Position numbers and translations under genes: made by a program
In this document: piece after piece, positions 7,630-10,825 of the stretch
Numbering within the stretch: position 1 is the first letter of the stretch
Layout: each line of letters begins with the position of its first letter
The notes under the pieces: generated by a model
Told to the model about the DNA's origin: nothing
The model's input: the letters and a program-made list of their open reading frames with translations, nothing else
Database searches by the model: none
Source of the DNA: Chthoniobacteraceae bacterium
Lineage (GTDB): Bacteria > Verrucomicrobiota > Verrucomicrobiia > Chthoniobacterales > Chthoniobacteraceae
Direction: 5' to 3'
Length of the DNA stretch: 10,825 nucleotides
NCBI GenBank assembly: GCA_037190965.1
Contig: JBBCKI010000036.1
Span: forward strand, 1 to 10,825

Positions 7630-8979
7630 ATGTCTCGGCCCAACCCTTCGCCTTTCTGGATGCAGCCCCTCTCGCTCAGTGTGCGGGAAGAGATGACGAT
7701 CAGCGACAAAAAGAAGATTTACATCACTAACGGTGCCTCCCTGTTCCTGGCCCTGCTGGGTCCTGTGTTCATGCTGCTCAACCTCCGGCAGGGCCATATC
7801 CACCTTGCTTTCGTCAATCTCAGCAGTTCCCTTCTTGGCCTGACCTGCATGTTCCTGAACTGGCGCAGGTTTCATCGCGCAGCCCCGATTCTGCTCACCA
7901 TCGGCAGTTGCGTCATCTTCTTTCTCTCCGGGCTGCTTTTCCGCAATGGAATGGAGTACACTCTCCTACTCGGTATGCTTGGGGCGGTTTTCATGTTCGA
8001 ATCGCTTCCTGCCCGGATCCTGTTGGGCGCCGCCAATGGAACCGGCTTTTTCCTGGTGAAAATCCTGCATTTCGACGCTTCCATCCCGGGCCAGATGCCG
8101 CTGAGCCGTCATGCGATCAATCTCGTGGTCTTTCTGGTATGCTATTATTGGCTCCTGGAAGTTTTTCGAGCCGTCAACAAAAACTACCAAAGCGAAATCG
8201 AACAGAAAAACGCCGATCTCGCCCGCAGTCGGCAACAGCTTGATGAGGAACACGCCGAACTGACAGCACGCACCGGCGAACTGCAGGTTGCCAACATGGC
8301 CAAGGAGAAATTGTTTTCCATCATCGGCCACGACCTGCGCGGTCCGATTGGAAACCTCAAGGCCACGGTGGACCTCCTCGATGAAGGGCATTTCAGCCCG
8401 GGCGATTTTCAGAACCTGCTGCCGAAGCTCAAAGCCGAGGTCGATCATGCCTATGAATGCCTCGACACGCTGTTGGTATGGGCTGCCAGCCAGTTACGCG
8501 CCATCCAGCCGGTCTTTAGCGCAGTGCCGCTGGCCTCCACCGCGCGCGATTGCGTGGCGTTGCTGGCCGATACCGCCGCACGCAAGAAAATAGCGATCCA
8601 AAACCATATCCCCGCCGAAGCCCGCGTGTGGGTGGATGAAAATCAGCTCTCCGCCATCTTTCGCAACCTTCTTTCAAACGCCTTGAAGTTCACCTCTGCG
8701 GGCGGTTCCGTAGAAATCTGCGCCTCGGAAGAAAACCGTTCCTGGCACGTCATTATCTCCGATACCGGGGTGGGAATGAGCAAGGAGAAAGCCCGCCATC
8801 TTTTCGAGCCAAACAACGCAACCTCAACGCCGGGAACCCAAAATGAAAAGGGCCTCGGTCTTGGCCTGCAGATTTGCCACGAATTTGTGCAAAACAACGG
8901 CGGAACTCTCTCTGTCGAGAGCCAGGAGGGGCGCGGGACTTCATTCCATCTCACGTTCCCCTCCCCAAGCCCTGCTTAA
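7630..8979 (+). CDS. Membrane-bound sensor histidine kinase (HisKA + HATPase_c), 449 aa
   Basis: About six N-terminal hydrophobic helices, then a coiled coil. H-box IIGHDLRGP (His codon 8329-8331), N-box NLLSNALKFT, G1 DTGVGM, G2 GTQNEKGLGLGL, terminal EGRGTSF. The start could be 7630, 7660 or 7693. Confidence 0.93.
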   Translation: MSRPNPSPFWMQPLSLSVREEMTISDKKKIYITNGASLFLALLGPVFMLLNLRQGHIHLAFVNLSSSLLGLTCMFLNWRRFHRAAPILLTIGSCVIFFLSGLLFRNGMEYTLLLGMLGAVFMFESLPARILLGAANGTGFFLVKILHFDASIPGQMPLSRHAINLVVFLVCYYWLLEVFRAVNKNYQSEIEQKNADLARSRQQLDEEHAELTARTGELQVANMAKEKLFSIIGHDLRGPIGNLKATVDLLDEGHFSPGDFQNLLPKLKAEVDHAYECLDTLLVWAASQLRAIQPVFSAVPLASTARDCVALLADTAARKKIAIQNHIPAEARVWVDENQLSAIFRNLLSNALKFTSAGGSVEICASEENRSWHVIISDTGVGMSKEKARHLFEPNNATSTPGTQNEKGLGLGLQICHEFVQNNGGTLSVESQEGRGTSFHLTFPSPSPA

Positions 8980-9028
8980 CCTGAGGGGCCAGCGGCGTGC
9001 TTTTTGAGAGAAAATCTGAGAATTCTTC

Positions 9029-9056
9029 TTCAAACTCAAAGCAGGATGGCTAACTT
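9029..9056 (+). promoter_or_regulatory. Candidate promoter for ndk (leaderless geometry)
   Basis: TTCAAA-N16-TAACTT ending 7 nt before the ATG at 9064, with no Shine-Dalgarno. Confidence 0.4.
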
Positions 9057-9063
9057 ACGCCCC

Positions 9064-9507
9064 ATGCAAACCTCTTTGATCTTGTTAAAACCTGATTGTA
9101 TCGTCAAAGGCCGCGTCGGCGAAGTGATCCGCCGCTTCGAGGAAGCCGGCTTCCAGATTCGCGGCGTGAAAATGTTCTCCCTGACGAAAGCGCTTCTGGA
9201 GGAGCACTACGCGCACCTCCTCGACAAGCCGTTTTTCCCTGAAATCGCCCAGTTCATGCAGTCCACCCCGGTCATCGCCCTCGCGCTGGCTGGCGACAAC
9301 GCCGTGGAGCGTATTCGCACCCTCATCGGGCCGACCGACTCCAAGAAGGCCGACAAGGGCACCATCCGTGGCGACTTCGGTGTAGACGTCATGGTCAACA
9401 TTGCCCATGCCTCCGACACCGTGGAGAACGCCGAGATCGAACTGAAGCGTTTCTTCGCCCCCGGCGAAGTCTTCACCTACGAAAAGCGTTACGCTGGACA
9501 GGCTTAA
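9064..9507 (+). CDS. ndk: Nucleoside diphosphate kinase, 147 aa
   Basis: MQTSLILLKPD start motif, EEHYAHL..KPFF, GTIRGDFG and catalytic NIAHASD. The start at ATG 9064 gives the canonical NDK N-terminus, so the TTG at 9004 is unlikely. Confidence 0.97.
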   Translation: MQTSLILLKPDCIVKGRVGEVIRRFEEAGFQIRGVKMFSLTKALLEEHYAHLLDKPFFPEIAQFMQSTPVIALALAGDNAVERIRTLIGPTDSKKADKGTIRGDFGVDVMVNIAHASDTVENAEIELKRFFAPGEVFTYEKRYAGQA

Positions 9508-9528
9508 GCCTACAATAAGGGTTTCGTG

Positions 9529-9572
9529 ACCGCTGATTGATTGGCTCAGAGCTTCTCGATCAGCGGTTTTTT
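9529..9572 (+). terminator. Intrinsic (Rho-independent) terminator after ndk
   Basis: ACCGCTGATTGA (9529-9540) pairs with TCGATCAGCGGT (9556-9567), 12 bp including one G-U, and runs into a T6 tract (9567-9572). It starts 21 nt after the ndk stop. Confidence 0.85.
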
Positions 9573-9574
9573 GT

Positions 9575-9610
9575 ATTCAGGGGGAGGCCCGGAGCGCTCT
9601 CCTGCTGAAT
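9575..9610. other. Second hairpin immediately after the ndk terminator
   Basis: ATTCAG-G-GGGAGG (9575-9587) pairs with TCTCCT-G-CTGAAT (9598-9610), with one mismatch and two G-U pairs. Confidence 0.4.
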
Positions 9611-9722
9611 TTCAGATTGTATGCTTCCTCGTCCATTACACCAGCATTCGCCTTTCTGTTAAAATTTGTTGACGCCCCCAAAGGAGCCTCATCTATGACC
9701 ACATTAAAGGCAGCAGATCCAC

Positions 9723-10133
9723 CTAAACCGTTATCACGTCACACTGAAGCAACTTACAAGAATCAAGTATTCGTTTGATCTGCTCGGATACTATTAGTTG
9801 GTGACGTTCGTTCAAGCCGAAGTCATCCCTACCCGCAACGCCTGTTGCATCTAATCGAAAGAATGCCGGGACACTGTTCGGATCACCTTCAAAATAGTCT
9901 GTTGTTCCGACTTGGCATGAACTGAACCTAACACCTGCTGGCCGAATACTCTCGAAAAGGTCCCTGAGCCGTTTGCTGACAGCGAAACACGGGTGAGCCT
10001 GAACAAACTCATCAGCTGGCCACTTATCGAAAAGATATTCCATAGCATCAACGCTAGTCGGGAACGTAGACCTATACACAGTATTAGGCCCAAGCTCCCC
10101 TGCAACTTGCGGCTCAATTTGATAATATTTCAT
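9723..10133 (-). CDS. Hypothetical protein, 136 aa; paralog of 10174-10596; putative polymorphic-toxin immunity protein
   Basis: ATG-to-TAG ORF in low-GC DNA. It shares GE.GP.T, Y.FD.WP, P.F, P.F.RL, D.G and LIVSE..KRI motifs with the neighbouring ORF, which supports both being real genes. The immunity function is inference. Confidence 0.85.
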   Translation of the reverse strand: MKYYQIEPQVAGELGPNTVYRSTFPTSVDAMEYLFDKWPADEFVQAHPCFAVSKRLRDLFESIRPAGVRFSSCQVGTTDYFEGDPNSVPAFFRLDATGVAGRDDFGLNERHQLIVSEQIKRILDSCKLLQCDVITV

Positions 10134-10173
10134 AATTTATTATTCAGACCAGCGCAACAATCACATTTCCTTC

Positions 10174-10596
10174 CTACTCATTGAGAGGCTCGTAAACAAC
10201 TGATGGGCATCGAAAACTCTCAATAATGCGCTTGACCTTTTCAGAAACTATCAATTCAAAATTTTCAATTCCTAAATCATTCTTCCGTGGGTCGCCGTGG
10301 ATAATAAGCCTCACAAATTTAGGAAGCTCCTGATCTTCGGGGAATTCCGCACTGTAAAAATACTCAGATTTTTCTACCAAGCACTTTTCCGCGGAGAAGC
10401 CCGAGCAGTTATGCGCTAGCAACGCCTTCACCAGCTTTGAATTTGCTATAAAAACGGGCGTACTGGTCGTTAAATCATTAGGCCATCCATCAAATACATA
10501 ATGAACGAATTTAAATGTTGGAGGAATCGTATTCGGATCCCATGCTGTCTGAGGACCAAATTCACCACATGTAGGGGGCTTAACGAGATAAAACAT
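10174..10596 (-). CDS. Hypothetical protein, 140 aa; paralog of 9723-10133; putative polymorphic-toxin immunity protein
   Basis: ATG-to-TAG ORF in low-GC DNA that aligns end to end with the downstream ORF (about 40 identities by hand alignment). Confidence 0.85.
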   Translation of the reverse strand: MFYLVKPPTCGEFGPQTAWDPNTIPPTFKFVHYVFDGWPNDLTTSTPVFIANSKLVKALLAHNCSGFSAEKCLVEKSEYFYSAEFPEDQELPKFVRLIIHGDPRKNDLGIENFELIVSEKVKRIIESFRCPSVVYEPLNE

Positions 10597-10620
10597 AGCT
10601 TTAGCTAGTGCATCGTCTGA

Positions 10621-10683
10621 GAAATAGAAAGGGGGTCAATAGAAAGGGTCAATAGAAAGGGAAATAGAAAGGGGGTCAAGTCT
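10621..10683. repeat. Nested short direct-repeat cluster
   Basis: AATAGAAAGGG occurs four times (10623, 10638, 10651, 10663). An exact 19-mer, GAAATAGAAAGGGGGTCAA, occurs at 10621-10639 and 10661-10679. The cluster ends in GGGGGTCAAGTCT. Confidence 0.95.
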
Positions 10684-10783
10684 CAACGGCGTGTTGCCCG
10701 GAAGGGTGATTTCTGAGTAGCGCCTAGCCTGTGTGTGTGGATTCATCGGGTATGTCTCAATGGGGGCACCGGAAGGAAGATTT
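10680..10783. repeat. Degenerate two-copy direct repeat
   Basis: GTCTCAA-N11-CCGGAAGG-GT-GATTT (10680-10712) and GTCTCAA-N8-CCGGAAGG-AA-GATTT (10754-10783), separated by 41 nt. Confidence 0.5.
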
Positions 10784-10825
10784 GGCTAATGAGCATGGCA
10801 ACCTCTCTCAGAAGGGTGCCAAGAA

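Noticed and set aside
4129..7875. Long minus-strand ORFs (183, 423 and 506 aa) opposite the ABC transporter
   Set aside because: They are antisense shadows of a clearly real gene, with no domain motifs.
9004..9063. Extended TTG start of ndk at 9004
   Set aside because: NDK homology begins at MQTSLILLKPD (9064), and the extension overlaps the candidate promoter.
9577..9723. About 48-codon open frame on the minus strand downstream of the 136-aa gene
   Set aside because: It has no convincing start or RBS and no recognisable motif, and it is too short to call a gene or pseudogene.
10730..10739. (TG)5 microsatellite
   Set aside because: It is too short to imply phase variation and has no linked gene or promoter.
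10621..10783. CRISPR array interpretation of the right-end repeats
   Set aside because: The first cluster has no unique spacers. The second has only two degenerate copies of unequal length, and no cas genes are in the window.
10796..10822. Sigma54 promoter at TGGCA/TTGGCAC
   Set aside because: There is no TTGC -12 element at the required spacing on either strand.

Overview
This is a GC-rich bacterial chromosomal segment (sampled coding lines about 65-70% GC) that changes abruptly to an AT-richer accessory tract after about 9575 (sampled lines 38-50% GC). The minus strand on the left carries ftsH followed by a cytoplasmic two-PAS NarX/UhpB-type (HisKA_3) histidine kinase. Divergently on the plus strand is a 1215-aa single-chain ABC half-transporter with White/ABCG-like (NBD then TMD) topology and an unusual ~460-aa N-terminal extension: a TerB/DjlA-like helical domain plus about three degenerate FHA-like beta domains. 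It is followed by a membrane-bound HisKA kinase and ndk with an intrinsic terminator. Neither kinase has a response regulator in the window. The right end holds two tandem, diverged paralogous ~140-aa genes that look like orphan polymorphic-toxin immunity genes. A nested, stuttered AATAGAAAGGG/GGGGGTCAA repeat lies 24 bp upstream of them, followed by further degenerate repeats. The two best candidates for undescribed biology are the multidomain ABC fusion and the repeat-bounded paralog cassette. All family assignments come from reading motifs by eye; no database searches were run.
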